Shown here: piece after piece, positions 1 through 10,037 of the stretch | Layout of the letters: every line of letters starts with the position of its first letter | Position numbering within the stretch: position 1 is the stretch's first letter | Assembly (NCBI GenBank): GCA_963807635.1 | Contig: CAWEDJ010000011.1 | Span: forward strand, 1-61,629 | Direction: 5' to 3' | Source: an uncultured cyanobacterium | Lineage (GTDB): Bacteria; Cyanobacteriota; Cyanobacteriia; Cyanobacteriales; Microcystaceae | Length of the DNA stretch: 61,629 nt | Made by a program: the position numbers and the translations under genes | The notes under the pieces: model-generated | What the model saw: the letters and a program-made list of their open reading frames with translations, nothing else | Database searches by the model: none | What the model was told of the DNA's origin: nothing

Positions 1-296
1 TTATGATGTCGATTAAATTCTATTTCTTCTATTTTTTCTGTTGTATATTTTTCACATTCTTCACAAATAAATTGACGACGGGGTATCTTTAAATATACTC
101 CATTACCACATATCGATAAGTCTCTCACCAACACTGAACGAGTCTGATGAATATTATCCGTATATTTTCCACAATTTGGACAATTTATTCCGTCCTTTAT
201 GCTTTCAAGGTGTAAGCATATGATATCTTCTATTTCTTGAACTTTAATAATTATCACATTGGGTAATTTTAGCGAGCGATTCAGATTCCAGTCCAT
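1..296 (-). CDS. ISL3-family transposase, N-terminal part (runs off window)
   Basis: Not in ORF track. Manual translation MDWNLNRSLKLPNVIII...CPNCGK...VRDLSICGNGVYLKIPRRQFICEEC has the zf-ISL3 CxxC...VRDL...RRF.CxxC pattern; GGAGGT RBS upstream. Confidence 0.85.
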   Translation of the reverse strand, partial: MDWNLNRSLKLPNVIIIKVQEIEDIICLHLESIKDGINCPNCGKYTDNIHQTRSVLVRDLSICGNGVYLKIPRRQFICEECEKYTTEKIEEIEFNRHH

Positions 297-356
297 TGCA
301 TTACCTCCAACTCCATACCTCTATTATACTTTTTTCCCCTCAACTCCAACAGATCC
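1..356 (-). mobile_element. ISL3-family IS, left end
   Basis: Begins GGATCTGTTGG at 356 (ISL3 ends typically start GG), exactly where the IS982 reading frame loses transposase-like sequence. Confidence 0.7.
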
Positions 357-539
357 CTTGAAGTTTCGATAGTGGTGTTGATGGAACGCAATTAAGAGGG
401 TCATTTTCTCACTCAAACAAAGTCCTTGAGAGCGTTTACGGGTTTTTAGTCCTGTTGCCAATAACTCAGATTGCCACTTTGGTTCAAATTGTTGGCAAAA
501 ATCATCTACGGCGCAGAACAATGCTTCTAAACTAGGCAT
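357..539 (-). pseudogene. IS982-family transposase N-terminus, disrupted
   Basis: MPSLEALFCAVDDFCQQFEP...LCLSEKMTLLIAFHQHHYRNFK is typical of IS982 N-termini; the GSVGVEGKKV tail is read-through into the ISL3 end. Confidence 0.8.
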
Positions 540-647
540 AGTGGGAGATAGAGAGGGTTCGTTAACGTCTTTTCCAGTTTACCTGCCTACCTTTTTTTTG
601 TACTTTTTCTCTTTAACGATGCCGTTTTGCTTATCCCGAACTCAGGT
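357..647 (-). mobile_element. IS982-family IS, left part, interrupted by ISL3
   Basis: Terminal sequence ACCTGAGTTCGGGATAAG at 647-630 followed by transposase start. Confidence 0.75.
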
Positions 648-749
648 TATATATGTTTTGAATAATTCACAACTTAATTTCTTGAAAAATACTCATCTAT
701 TTGCTCTTTTTTCAACAAAAATCAAAGATGTTTATTATCCTAAATACGC

Positions 750-1315
750 TAGTCCAAAACTATGCACTTTCAGTGCAAGGCTTTAGCTGCTACACATTTT
801 AAAGGAGAGTGTAAAATAAGGAAAGTGTATGGTAGAAAATCGTCACGGAAGTCATACAATTAGCCGTCTAACAGTTCACATAGTATGGGTAACGAAATAC
901 CGTTATAAGGTATTAAAAGGAGAAATTCAGAAGCGTTGTCGGGAACTGATTATACAAATTTGTAACGCGGAAGACGTGAGAATTATCAAAGGATCAGTGA
1001 GTAAAGACCATGTTCATATATTGATAGAGTATCCTCCTTCAAAATCAGTGAGTGAGCTAGTAAAAAGAATGAAAGGAAGAACATCAAGATTGTTACAGCA
1101 GGAATATCCAGAATTGAAAAAACAATATTGGGGAAAGCATTTTTGGGGAATAGGATATGGAGCCTGGAGTACGGGAAATATGAGTGAAAAAATGGTGGAA
1201 GAATATTTAGAACACCATCAAAACTCATCGAACACGGGGGGCGAAGACTTTATGTTGGAATAAAGGACTTTCAGTCCTCATTAAACCTCTGCACTTTCAG
1301 TGCAGAGTGGTTTAG
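750..1315 (+). mobile_element. IS200-type element (tnpA only) with subterminal hairpins; exact ends uncertain
   Basis: Hairpins TGCAC-TTTCA-GTGCA (763-777), AGGAC-TTTCA-GTCCT (1264-1278) and CTCTGCAC-TTTCA-GTGCAGAG (1287-1307) share the same loop and flank tnpA. Confidence 0.8.
829..1263 (+). CDS. tnpA: IS200/IS605 Y1 HUH transposase
   Basis: HIVWVTKYRYKVL, DHVHIL (HUH motif), KGRTSR, FWGIGY, EEYLEHH (catalytic Tyr). Confidence 0.95.
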   Translation: MVENRHGSHTISRLTVHIVWVTKYRYKVLKGEIQKRCRELIIQICNAEDVRIIKGSVSKDHVHILIEYPPSKSVSELVKRMKGRTSRLLQQEYPELKKQYWGKHFWGIGYGAWSTGNMSEKMVEEYLEHHQNSSNTGGEDFMLE

Positions 1316-2609
1316 TTTGTTGAACAATTTCATATAACCGCTTATAAGAAGTCTGACCCAACTCTATTTGTTGTCGTGCCACTTCTAACAAATGTGGTCT
1401 TAGGATGTCGGCAGATTCCCATAGTTGATAAATACTAGATACTAGTTTTTCAGCAAAGTCTTTATCACCTAATAAAATTACATCACAACCAACGCCAAAC
1501 TGATCTGCTAATCCTTGAAATTTATCAATATAATATTGAGATTTCGCCAAACTCACAACGGGGATGCCTTGAGCAAGGGCAAAAACCCCTGCATGATAAC
1601 TTCCTGTAATAACAATACGACAATGGCCCACTTGTTCAATGACTTTGAGCGGTGTGTCAAGATTATTTCCTTGATCAAAAATATTATCAAACCCTGCTAG
1701 AATTTGTTGAATTGTTGTTATGTCTGATTCGGCATTAGGATCGATATGATAACGCAAAATAGGGATGGGAATTAACGCTGAATCTTGCTTTTTGGCAATA
1801 TCATGTAAAGTTGAACGAACTATGGCAAGAGACTCTTGACTAATACTGGAATAATTAGCAACACGAAGATTTATCCCGATACCATTGCCTAATTTCGGAT
1901 TACGAGCTTTATATGCTAACTCGATCGCGTCATCACCTGTCGTTATGATACGGTTAGACAAAACCCCCATTGAATCAAGTAATGGTAAACTAGCTTTTTT
2001 TTCTCGAATAGAAATTAAGCTTAAGGAGGGTAAAACAAACTTTGCTTTCCGATAAAATCTTGCATTTTCTATTGGCCCTAAACCATGCCCAAGAATCGCG
2101 GTTGATTTACCCAGTTTCGTCGCAAAAGCTAAGGTATTGAGAACTTCATGCGGCCATTCTCCCCATAGATCAGTGATATATCCGCCACCAGAGGCGACGA
2201 CTAAATCTGAAGTTGAAATGGCTTCTACAAAGGCTTCAATTTCTTTGATTTCTTTTGAATTTCTTCGTAATTTAATCTTAAGTAAAAAATTCGCTAAAAA
2301 TGGAAAATAATAACAAAGTTTATCTTCTATTTCTAACAAAAAAATATGTTTTTTATAGAATGATTTTTTAGGATCTTTTGGGTATTTATCATCAGGACTA
2401 ACTAGGGGTGAAAACCATTGTTGACGACCATTGGGCGATACAGGAAATGTGTTAGGACATAGTTCAGCAAGCTTGTCTGGTGCATTGGTAAGAATCACAA
2501 TCACCGCATCAGACCAAAGACTTTGTAATCTTGATACTGTGACTTGTAACATCGCGACATCACCCACATTGCCGAAATCATAACTACCCGTTTCCACAAA
2601 AATTTTCAT
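1281..2609 (-). CDS. Polysaccharide pyruvyl transferase family protein (WcaK-like)
   Basis: GNVGDVAM, SGGGY.TD, GHGLGP, SIREKKAS, TGDDA, GSYHAGVFALAQGIP motifs. Confidence 0.85.
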   Translation of the reverse strand: MKIFVETGSYDFGNVGDVAMLQVTVSRLQSLWSDAVIVILTNAPDKLAELCPNTFPVSPNGRQQWFSPLVSPDDKYPKDPKKSFYKKHIFLLEIEDKLCYYFPFLANFLLKIKLRRNSKEIKEIEAFVEAISTSDLVVASGGGYITDLWGEWPHEVLNTLAFATKLGKSTAILGHGLGPIENARFYRKAKFVLPSLSLISIREKKASLPLLDSMGVLSNRIITTGDDAIELAYKARNPKLGNGIGINLRVANYSSISQESLAIVRSTLHDIAKKQDSALIPIPILRYHIDPNAESDITTIQQILAGFDNIFDQGNNLDTPLKVIEQVGHCRIVITGSYHAGVFALAQGIPVVSLAKSQYYIDKFQGLADQFGVGCDVILLGDKDFAEKLVSSIYQLWESADILRPHLLEVARQQIELGQTSYKRLYEIVQQTKPLCTESAEV

Positions 2610-2658
2610 GAGAATATTTTAGGTTGATGGGCTGGCGATCGCATTTTTGTATTTCCGA

Positions 2659-3912
2659 TTAACGATTTAATAAAAATTTCCAATTATCGGGTTCAAAGGA
2701 TTCACCTTTAAGCATACGATTCCAATATAAATAGGGTAAAACATAACGTTTGACCATCCACATACTCCATCGTTCCTGGGTGGGATCAAAGGGAAAGCTC
2801 GATTTGGGTTTACCATCGTAGTCGAATTCCGCCATAATCGTTTTTCCGTAACCCGTGACCAAGGGACAGCAGGTATAGCCGCCGTATTGACTATCCAGCG
2901 ATCGCGCTCCAATTAAAGCCAGGAGGTTATGGGCTAACACAGGAGCCTGTTTCCGAATAGCCGCCGCCGTCCGAGAAGTGGGTAAAGAAGACGCATCTCC
3001 GAGACTAAAAACATTGGGAAAAACATTATGTTGCAAGGTGAATTTATTGACATCCACCCAACCCTTACTCTGCCCTTCTTTACCTGCCAGGGAACTGGTT
3101 TTAATGAAATCAGGGGGACTCATGGGGGGAGCAACATGAATGAGGTCATAATTTACGCTAATTTCCTCAATTCCTGCCTCCGTTGTCACATCAAAAATGG
3201 CTTCTTTGCTATCAGCCTTAATTTCCTTAAGATTATGTTTGTATTGAACTAAAATCTCTTTTTTTGCCGCAACTTTTTCTAACGCTTCACAATAGCCAGG
3301 AACGCCAAAAATTTTTGCAACAGCAACTTCGTAGATAATTTTTGTTTGATTTCTAACGCCATTTTTACGGAAAGTTTCATCCGCTAAATACATGATTTTT
3401 TGTGGCGCACCTGCACATTTAATCGGGGTAGCAGGAAAGGTAAAAATCGCATTTCCGCCCCTAAAATTTTTAATTAATTCCCAGGTATAGGGCGCGTAAC
3501 GCACATCATAATTACTGGTTACTCCATTTTTTCCTAGAGCTTCGGGTAAACCTTTGATGAGATGCCAATCAATTTGAATGCCAGGACAAACAATTAAATA
3601 ATCGTAGGTAATAGAGCGACCATCTTGGGTAATGACGGTATTTTGTTCAGGATTGAGTTGAGCAATGGCCGCTTTAATCCAACTGGCTCCACTAGGAATA
3701 CAATCCCGTTCTTCTTTGATTGTATCTTCTAATTTATAGGCTCCGCCTCCTACCAATGTCCAAGCGGGCTGGTAATAATGCTTATCGGAGGGTTCGACAA
3801 TGGCGATATCAAGATTGCTTTCCTGCTTCAACAATTGAGCCGTGACGGTGATTCCTGCCGCTCCACCACCAATAACCACAATTTGATAATGATTTTTTGC
3901 CTGATTCGTCAT
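2659..3912 (-). CDS. sqr: Sulfide:quinone oxidoreductase (type II-like)
   Basis: GGGAAG FAD motif, HYYQPAWTLVGGG, IKCAGAPQK, GYTCCPLVTGYGK..MAEFDY; ATG at 3912 preferred over TTG at 3945. Confidence 0.88.
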   Translation of the reverse strand: MTNQAKNHYQIVVIGGGAAGITVTAQLLKQESNLDIAIVEPSDKHYYQPAWTLVGGGAYKLEDTIKEERDCIPSGASWIKAAIAQLNPEQNTVITQDGRSITYDYLIVCPGIQIDWHLIKGLPEALGKNGVTSNYDVRYAPYTWELIKNFRGGNAIFTFPATPIKCAGAPQKIMYLADETFRKNGVRNQTKIIYEVAVAKIFGVPGYCEALEKVAAKKEILVQYKHNLKEIKADSKEAIFDVTTEAGIEEISVNYDLIHVAPPMSPPDFIKTSSLAGKEGQSKGWVDVNKFTLQHNVFPNVFSLGDASSLPTSRTAAAIRKQAPVLAHNLLALIGARSLDSQYGGYTCCPLVTGYGKTIMAEFDYDGKPKSSFPFDPTQERWSMWMVKRYVLPYLYWNRMLKGESFEPDNWKFLLNR

Positions 3913-3940
3913 AGGAGAGGAAAGTTTGATTTTTGATAAT

Positions 3941-3972
3941 AACAATTGCTGTATTACGATAACGCAATTGTT
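3941..3972. promoter_or_regulatory. Inverted repeat upstream of sqr, candidate repressor operator
   Basis: AACAATTGC-N14-GCAATTGTT, adjoining a TGnTATTAT extended -10-like element on the minus strand. Confidence 0.45.
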
Positions 3973-4162
3973 TGTATTCTTGACTTTTAGTTTATAAAAA
4001 TTTAAGATTACATCGATTAATTATTTGAAATTAGAAAATTTCTACTTTTGATTAGATTTTCAGGAAAAGTTTTTTGTCAAGAAAAGACTAATCAATCAAA
4101 AATCCTCCCCCCAAAAAATTTCGAGGAGAGAGGAAACACAAAGAAATTAACTCAAAAATGCC

Positions 4163-4909
4163 TTAAACTTGCACAAAGGAAGGATTTGGGATTAAAGCTT
4201 CGACTAAACTCCGTACCGCCGCCACCATTGCTACTTCATCGTTGAGTTGATTAATCGCAGAACCGACTCCAACCCCAGAAGCTCCCGCCGCGATCGCCAT
4301 CGGAATCGTCACATTAGATAAACCCGATGCACAGAGAACAGGAACCGAGACAGCGCGAGAAATGGCATGGGCCGCCGCTAGGGTAGGGGATGCTTTTTCA
4401 ATTAATCCCAAAATTCCCGCATGGCTAGGCTGAGAACTGGTTCCGCCTTCGGTTTGAATCAGGTCTGCCCCCGCTTCCACTAGAGCTTCAGCCAATTGTA
4501 CTTGCTCATCCAACGCCAAAATATGGGGAACAGTGACGGATAAGGTCGTATGGGGCAGTAATTGACGGGTTGCTTGGGTTAGGTCTAAAACTTCAGGAGC
4601 TTCAAAACGACGACCTTGGGCATAAAAACTATCAAAATTACCAATTTCGACCAAATCTGCGCCTGCATCCACTGCATCCAGTAATAATTGGGGATCGACA
4701 GCCGACACACAGATCGGTAAATCAATCAGTTGTCGGACATGACGGATGAGGTCAACATCGGCGGCAATATCGACAAAAGTTGCACCGCCAGCCTGGGCCG
4801 CTTTCACGACAGCCGTTACATTCTTGGTATTGAAATTATTCAGTCCACTGATCACTTTCAGGGCGCGGCGTTGGCGAAGGGCTTGCTGTAAAGAAGAATT
4901 GATAGTCAT
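4163..4909 (-). CDS. ycf23: DUF561 / Ycf23 family TIM-barrel protein
   Basis: LKVISGLNNF, GGATFVDIAAD, EIGNFDSFY, IQTEGGTSS. Confidence 0.9.
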   Translation of the reverse strand: MTINSSLQQALRQRRALKVISGLNNFNTKNVTAVVKAAQAGGATFVDIAADVDLIRHVRQLIDLPICVSAVDPQLLLDAVDAGADLVEIGNFDSFYAQGRRFEAPEVLDLTQATRQLLPHTTLSVTVPHILALDEQVQLAEALVEAGADLIQTEGGTSSQPSHAGILGLIEKASPTLAAAHAISRAVSVPVLCASGLSNVTIPMAIAAGASGVGVGSAINQLNDEVAMVAAVRSLVEALIPNPSFVQV

Positions 4910-5102
4910 AATTTTTTTCGATAATCCTGATTAGGCAATTATTATAACGGATTGCTGGATAAAAAATAGTAATTTACGTTGCCTAAATTTTTAATTATTA
5001 GACTTTTATTTAATAACACTCAACTATATTATTTTCATTATTCTCATTTTAATTTAGCAATCATTAGTGCTATTCTAGAAAAAATTTTGCTCACTTTTTC
5101 TA

Positions 5103-6203
5103 ATGTCCCTGACTACTTCCTCCCCTTTATCAACCGATTCCATTCGCACTTGTCCTATTAATTTCAATCATTGGTATGTGCTGGCCCTAAGTAAGGAAGT
5201 GACCGATAAACCTCTCTCTGTAACCCTTTGGCATCAGTCGATTGTTCTTTTTCGCGATCGCAATGGAGCCATTCATGCCCTAGAAGACCGTTGCCCCCAC
5301 CGCCATGTCAAACTCAGTGAGGGTAAAGTCATCGGCGATCGGATTGAGTGTGCCTATCACGGTTGGCAATTGGATCAAACGGGTCGATGTACCTCCATTC
5401 CCTACCTCACCGAAAAACAGAAATTACCTAATTGTAAAATTCGTTCCTATCCCATCACAGAATTAGATGGTTTTATTTGGGTTTTTCCAGGGGATTTAGA
5501 CTATTTAGAACAAACTAAAATAGAGCCGATGGGCATCCCTGAGTGGGAACATTTGAATTATATTGGCTCGGTTGCAACCATTGATTGTCAGGGACACTTT
5601 TCTTTTTTAATTGAAAACCTAATGGATATGTATCATGGGCATTTACATGATAATTATCAAGCCTGGGCATCCGCAAAGTTAGAAAAATTATCTGCCGATC
5701 GCGATCGCGTTGATGCCTATTATGAAGCCGAAAGTTACTATAAAATTGATAAAATTTGGTCGATTTCCCAGCTTTTTTTTCCTGCCCTGAGACGCTTACA
5801 CCCCGAACCCCTAACCGTTGGTTATCATTATCCCCATTGGCTCTCAACATTAGGAAATGATTTTAAAATTTATTGTTTATTTTGCCCTGTGAGCGAAACC
5901 CAAACCCGTGCCTATTTAATTCATTTTACGTCTCTGAATGCCTTTCCGAATTTACACAAATCTCCCGTTTGGGTACGTCGATTTTTTAAGGATAAATTAT
6001 TTAACGCCGCCAAAAAACTATTAGAAGGATTAATTCGTCAGGATGTTTTAATGATCGAACAGGAACAACAATTTTATTTAACGAATCCCCAAGAACGGAG
6101 TTATGAAGTTAATCCGACTTTGGGTAAGGTTCAAGCCTTAATTCGTCAACAGGCCCATGAAAATTTAACTGATAATCATATCAAGCATCATGATAAACCT
6201 TAA
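5103..6203 (+). CDS. Rieske non-heme iron oxygenase alpha subunit
   Basis: CPHR...CAYHGW Rieske motif; ENLMDMYHGHLH mononuclear Fe motif. Confidence 0.9.
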   Translation: MSLTTSSPLSTDSIRTCPINFNHWYVLALSKEVTDKPLSVTLWHQSIVLFRDRNGAIHALEDRCPHRHVKLSEGKVIGDRIECAYHGWQLDQTGRCTSIPYLTEKQKLPNCKIRSYPITELDGFIWVFPGDLDYLEQTKIEPMGIPEWEHLNYIGSVATIDCQGHFSFLIENLMDMYHGHLHDNYQAWASAKLEKLSADRDRVDAYYEAESYYKIDKIWSISQLFFPALRRLHPEPLTVGYHYPHWLSTLGNDFKIYCLFCPVSETQTRAYLIHFTSLNAFPNLHKSPVWVRRFFKDKLFNAAKKLLEGLIRQDVLMIEQEQQFYLTNPQERSYEVNPTLGKVQALIRQQAHENLTDNHIKHHDKP

Positions 6204-6344
6204 GATTAATTGGTAGAATGGTTTTGAGTAGTTCGCGATCGCAACATTTTTATCTGTTAGTTTAAATCGGCTTCTTGATAAATAATTACTATTATGAAAA
6301 TAGTATTAAAATTATTATAAAAGAGATTATTCCAGGGTTAAACC

Positions 6345-7697
6345 ATGAATCAACGAGAAACTCCTTCAGGAATTTGCCCCCATATTATACAAAAGGGCTT
6401 GAATGAACCCATTGAGTTCTATCAAGGTAAATTGATTCTCAATAAAGATAATATTTCGTTTCAAGTTGACGGAAAAATCCAGCTTGTTTGGCTCCCCTTT
6501 GCAAGTCTAAGATTTGAATTAGAATGCACAGAAGAAATGCAATATAATAAATTCAATCAGCTACATTGTGGTGATAAAATTGACCTAATTATATTGGGAC
6601 AAGAAAATAATATTTTAGAGGGACAAATAACTCATACATCTTTAGTCATAAGAGGAGAAATTGTTGATACGAAAATTGATGAAAATAAACAAAGTGAAAG
6701 ACAAGCTTCCTATGCTAAGTTTTTTATCCCGAATTTTAGATATATTGTTGGTACGCCGATTCGTTATGAAGGACAGGACTCTAGATTTATTCGCCGTAAG
6801 AGATTGTCTCTGAGTGCAAAAGGTTGGAATATAACACTGGATTCATTATCAAATATTCAGCAATTAGAAAAAGAGCTAATTAATTCCTCTGGTTTTGCAA
6901 TTACTCACTATGGCATTTTAGAAAAAAATGATGGTTCTTTATTTGATTATCAAGAATCAGAACAGATTATTGATGCGCTTAAATGGTATTTGTCCTTTGT
7001 CAGTGGTAGTTTCATAAGTCCATACGCATTAGTTGGTTTTAATGCTGATAATAATGAAGTTTGGAAAGGGTGGAAATCTAGCCCTATGTTTCCTTACCAA
7101 CATAATATTTCATGGGTCAGTAAATCTGATCCACAAACCTTTGAGGAACCTTTTAAAGGATTTGCAGATCTATACTTTGATCCTGAGTGGTCTGATAGTT
7201 TACTACAGATCATTTATATCTATGTTGAAGCTAACCACATTGCTATTAATGTTGAAAGCGCAATTATTCGGTTACAAAGTGCCTTGGAGCTACTTGCTTA
7301 TGAAATCCTTGTTGAAAAAAAACGGGTACTTACTCAAACAAAATTTGACAAATTGCATGGTTATGGACGTATAAAGCGTCTTTTCGATTGGCTAAAGATT
7401 CCTTTGGATATATCCGAGCATTTAGGAGTACTTCATGAGACAGCAAAAGACAAAGAATGGTTGACGACTGATGCAATAACACAAATACGAAACTGCATCG
7501 TTCATCCCACTAAAAAAAATCGTATGAAGTTAAATGATCATTCTCAAGAAGCTTTCGACGTACTACATCTTTGCAAATGGAGTCTTGAACTCTGTATATT
7601 GAAACTTTGTAACTACAATGGTAAATATACAAATAGACTAAAAAGAACTCAATATAGTGGAGATGTTGACCCAGTTCCTTGGAGTTCTGAAGAGTAA
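6345..7697 (+). CDS. Uncharacterised protein with C-terminal HEPN-like RxxxxH motif (ApeA/YopA-like architecture)
   Basis: Beta-rich N-terminus, helical C-terminus with QSALELL and QIRNCIVHP; AT-rich, no HIP1. Confidence 0.6.
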   Translation: MNQRETPSGICPHIIQKGLNEPIEFYQGKLILNKDNISFQVDGKIQLVWLPFASLRFELECTEEMQYNKFNQLHCGDKIDLIILGQENNILEGQITHTSLVIRGEIVDTKIDENKQSERQASYAKFFIPNFRYIVGTPIRYEGQDSRFIRRKRLSLSAKGWNITLDSLSNIQQLEKELINSSGFAITHYGILEKNDGSLFDYQESEQIIDALKWYLSFVSGSFISPYALVGFNADNNEVWKGWKSSPMFPYQHNISWVSKSDPQTFEEPFKGFADLYFDPEWSDSLLQIIYIYVEANHIAINVESAIIRLQSALELLAYEILVEKKRVLTQTKFDKLHGYGRIKRLFDWLKIPLDISEHLGVLHETAKDKEWLTTDAITQIRNCIVHPTKKNRMKLNDHSQEAFDVLHLCKWSLELCILKLCNYNGKYTNRLKRTQYSGDVDPVPWSSEE

Positions 7698-7888
7698 TTT
7701 TAGAAAGATTTTCCGACTTTTTCTTTGGGAAATTAACAACGGATAATAATTCTTGCTGTAAAATTTTCGTTGATTACATCTGACACGATCTCGAAGGCCC
7801 TATCCTACCGTGACCCAGGATAATCTATCAACGAATTATTTACAGGTAGTAATAATTTATCGAATCTCTACCCAAAATTGGTAATAGT

Positions 7889-8254
7889 TTAGAAACCATA
7901 TAAACTAGACAATTGTTGATATTCTTCAATGGTCATTTTACGTTTATTTTGCAAAATAGCTAAAATCGTTTCTTCTGTATCAAAAACGACAAGAAAATCC
8001 TGAATTTTTAGATCATAATCCTGCATTAATGCTTCTAAAAGTTCTGCATTTTCCAATTTTGGTATCGGTTCAAACTTTTGTTCATAATCATAAACAAGCA
8101 TTCCTAATACTCTTAGATAGTCTCGATCCTTTTGGGTCAAATTCTTTTTATCTAAAATAGTATTAATACGTTGTTGTATATTTCTCCATTCAATCTCATT
8201 AGTAATAGGACGTGTTTGAAAGTTGTTTTTTAGCATTGTGCCATACCATAACAA
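7889..8254 (-). CDS. HigA-like antitoxin / HTH regulator (start uncertain)
   Basis: RPITNE.E, YLRVLGMLVYDYEQK..PIP, LLEALMQ..DLK, IL..KRKMT pattern of cyanobacterial HigA. Confidence 0.7.
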   Translation of the reverse strand: MLWYGTMLKNNFQTRPITNEIEWRNIQQRINTILDKKNLTQKDRDYLRVLGMLVYDYEQKFEPIPKLENAELLEALMQDYDLKIQDFLVVFDTEETILAILQNKRKMTIEEYQQLSSLYGF

Positions 8255-8330
8255 CAGACCTGTTTTGGCTTTTCTAAAACGATGACTTTTCTGAAGGCAT
8301 TAGGATCTAGATTGATTCACTAAGCGATCG

Positions 8331-9770
8331 CTAACCTCGTTCAAACTCTAATTCCTCTTCCATTGTGCCAGCATGAACCGTTTTAACCCATTTCAGACGC
8401 TTGGGACGAATAGCCATACGAGCGGTAACACAGGGCATAATCAATAACCAGTGAACCATATAGAGAGTTCCCCGTAGAGATTGACCTAAATAGTTAAAAA
8501 ATTGGGCAAGACTGAAATTTTCTGGAGCTTGCAGACGACGTAAGCCTTTATACATCCCAAAACCAGAGAGGGAAAGGGCAACACCTGTTAGGGGGGTCAA
8601 CATGGGCAGATGATGACGGGCGATCGCCATGACAATATCGGGAATAGCCGCAGTGGGTAAAATATATTGCATCAACAGGAAGGAAACCAAATCCACTTTT
8701 TTATTCAAGCCCAGGGGTTCGGAAATAATAAACCGCCAATAATCGAGGTAACGCTGATAACCGCCCTCGGCCCAACGGTTGCGCTGATGCCAGAGCGCGA
8801 TCACCGTTGTGACCCCTTCTTCTTCGACGGGAGTATTCACTAAAACGCCAATTTTCCAATTATCCAGGTGCAGACGAATGGTTAAATCCAAATCATCGGT
8901 AATCGTTTGTTCATTCCAACCGCCGCAACTATTCAGAGCTTGGCGAGAAACAAATTGACCATTCCCCCGTAATTCCCCTAAACCACCCGTAACAATCCGT
9001 TGTTGTTGAAAATAGGCATCTAGGGCCATTTCTACGGATTGGCCCTTTGTCCAGAAATTGACATCCGCATTGGCGATCGCCTTACGGACTTGGACAGCAC
9101 CCATGCGTTCTTGCTGAAAGAGAGGAGCCACCCGCCGCAGTAAATCCTGGGGAATGAGGGCATCCGCATCAAAAACCCCGATAATATCGCCTTTTGTGAG
9201 CGGTAAAACCTCATTTAATGCCCCAGACTTGCCCCCACTCGCGCCACTAGGACGATGGATGACATTTAATTGCTCGTATTGCGTCGCTAATTTATCTAAG
9301 ATCGCAGGAGTTTTATCGGTACTGGAATCATCAATAATCCAAATATCCAGCTTATCAACGGGATAATCGAGGGAACATAGCTGGGTTACTAAATTCTGAA
9401 TCACGGGCCTGTTCATTTTTTGCCGCTACTAATAAAGAAACCGAGGGAGCATGACTCAATTCTGCTTCCGTCAACGCTTCGGGTTCAACTTCAGGTTTGG
9501 CAATAATTAAACGAATAGTCTGGAGTGCTAATAAAACAGAAAAGCCGATAATCGCCCAAATTCCCCAACTGACCAGATGAAGAAAGGCGACAACCGCCCA
9601 AATCGACATCAAAACAAAGGCGGCTTTTTTCTGCGCCCCTCAACGCCCCGAAAGAAATCACTTCTAAATTCCTCTTCTTCCGCTTCGGGATCAGTCCATT
9701 CCGACAGCAGAGAACCGAGGGGGTCTAAAATTGGCTCGTTATCCTGTTCTTTCCAAGACTCTTGGGGCAT
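8331..9770 (-). CDS. mgdA: Monoglucosyldiacylglycerol synthase (GT2); two frameshifts (~9630, ~9410)
   Basis: MPQESW...FF.GVEGRRKKAA, VSLLVAAKNE, GGKSGALN, FDAD, TITDDLDL, QRNRWAEGG, LKWVKTVH; adjacent to mgdE. Confidence 0.85.
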
Positions 9771-10037
9771 AGGTTCAGTTGGTATAATTAAATGGGATAG
9801 GTTGATGGGGATGAAAAATAATGTCTGGGGATCATCAACTATAGGTCATATTCTAACCAAAACTGTTAACTTTTTTAACATTTTTAATCAAAAGCTGAAA
9901 AATGCTCTTTGTCTTCCGACCGATGAAATCCGCCCTAGTTGTCATTTCTGATGCTTTCTTAGACAATGGGCGATAGTCTAGACTGAGCTATTTAATTTTT
10001 AAATTTAACCTTAATTAATTTTCAATAATTCTTAGAT

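Noticed and set aside
829..1315. IS605/TnpB RNA-guided element
   Set aside because: Right-end hairpins follow tnpA directly; no tnpB
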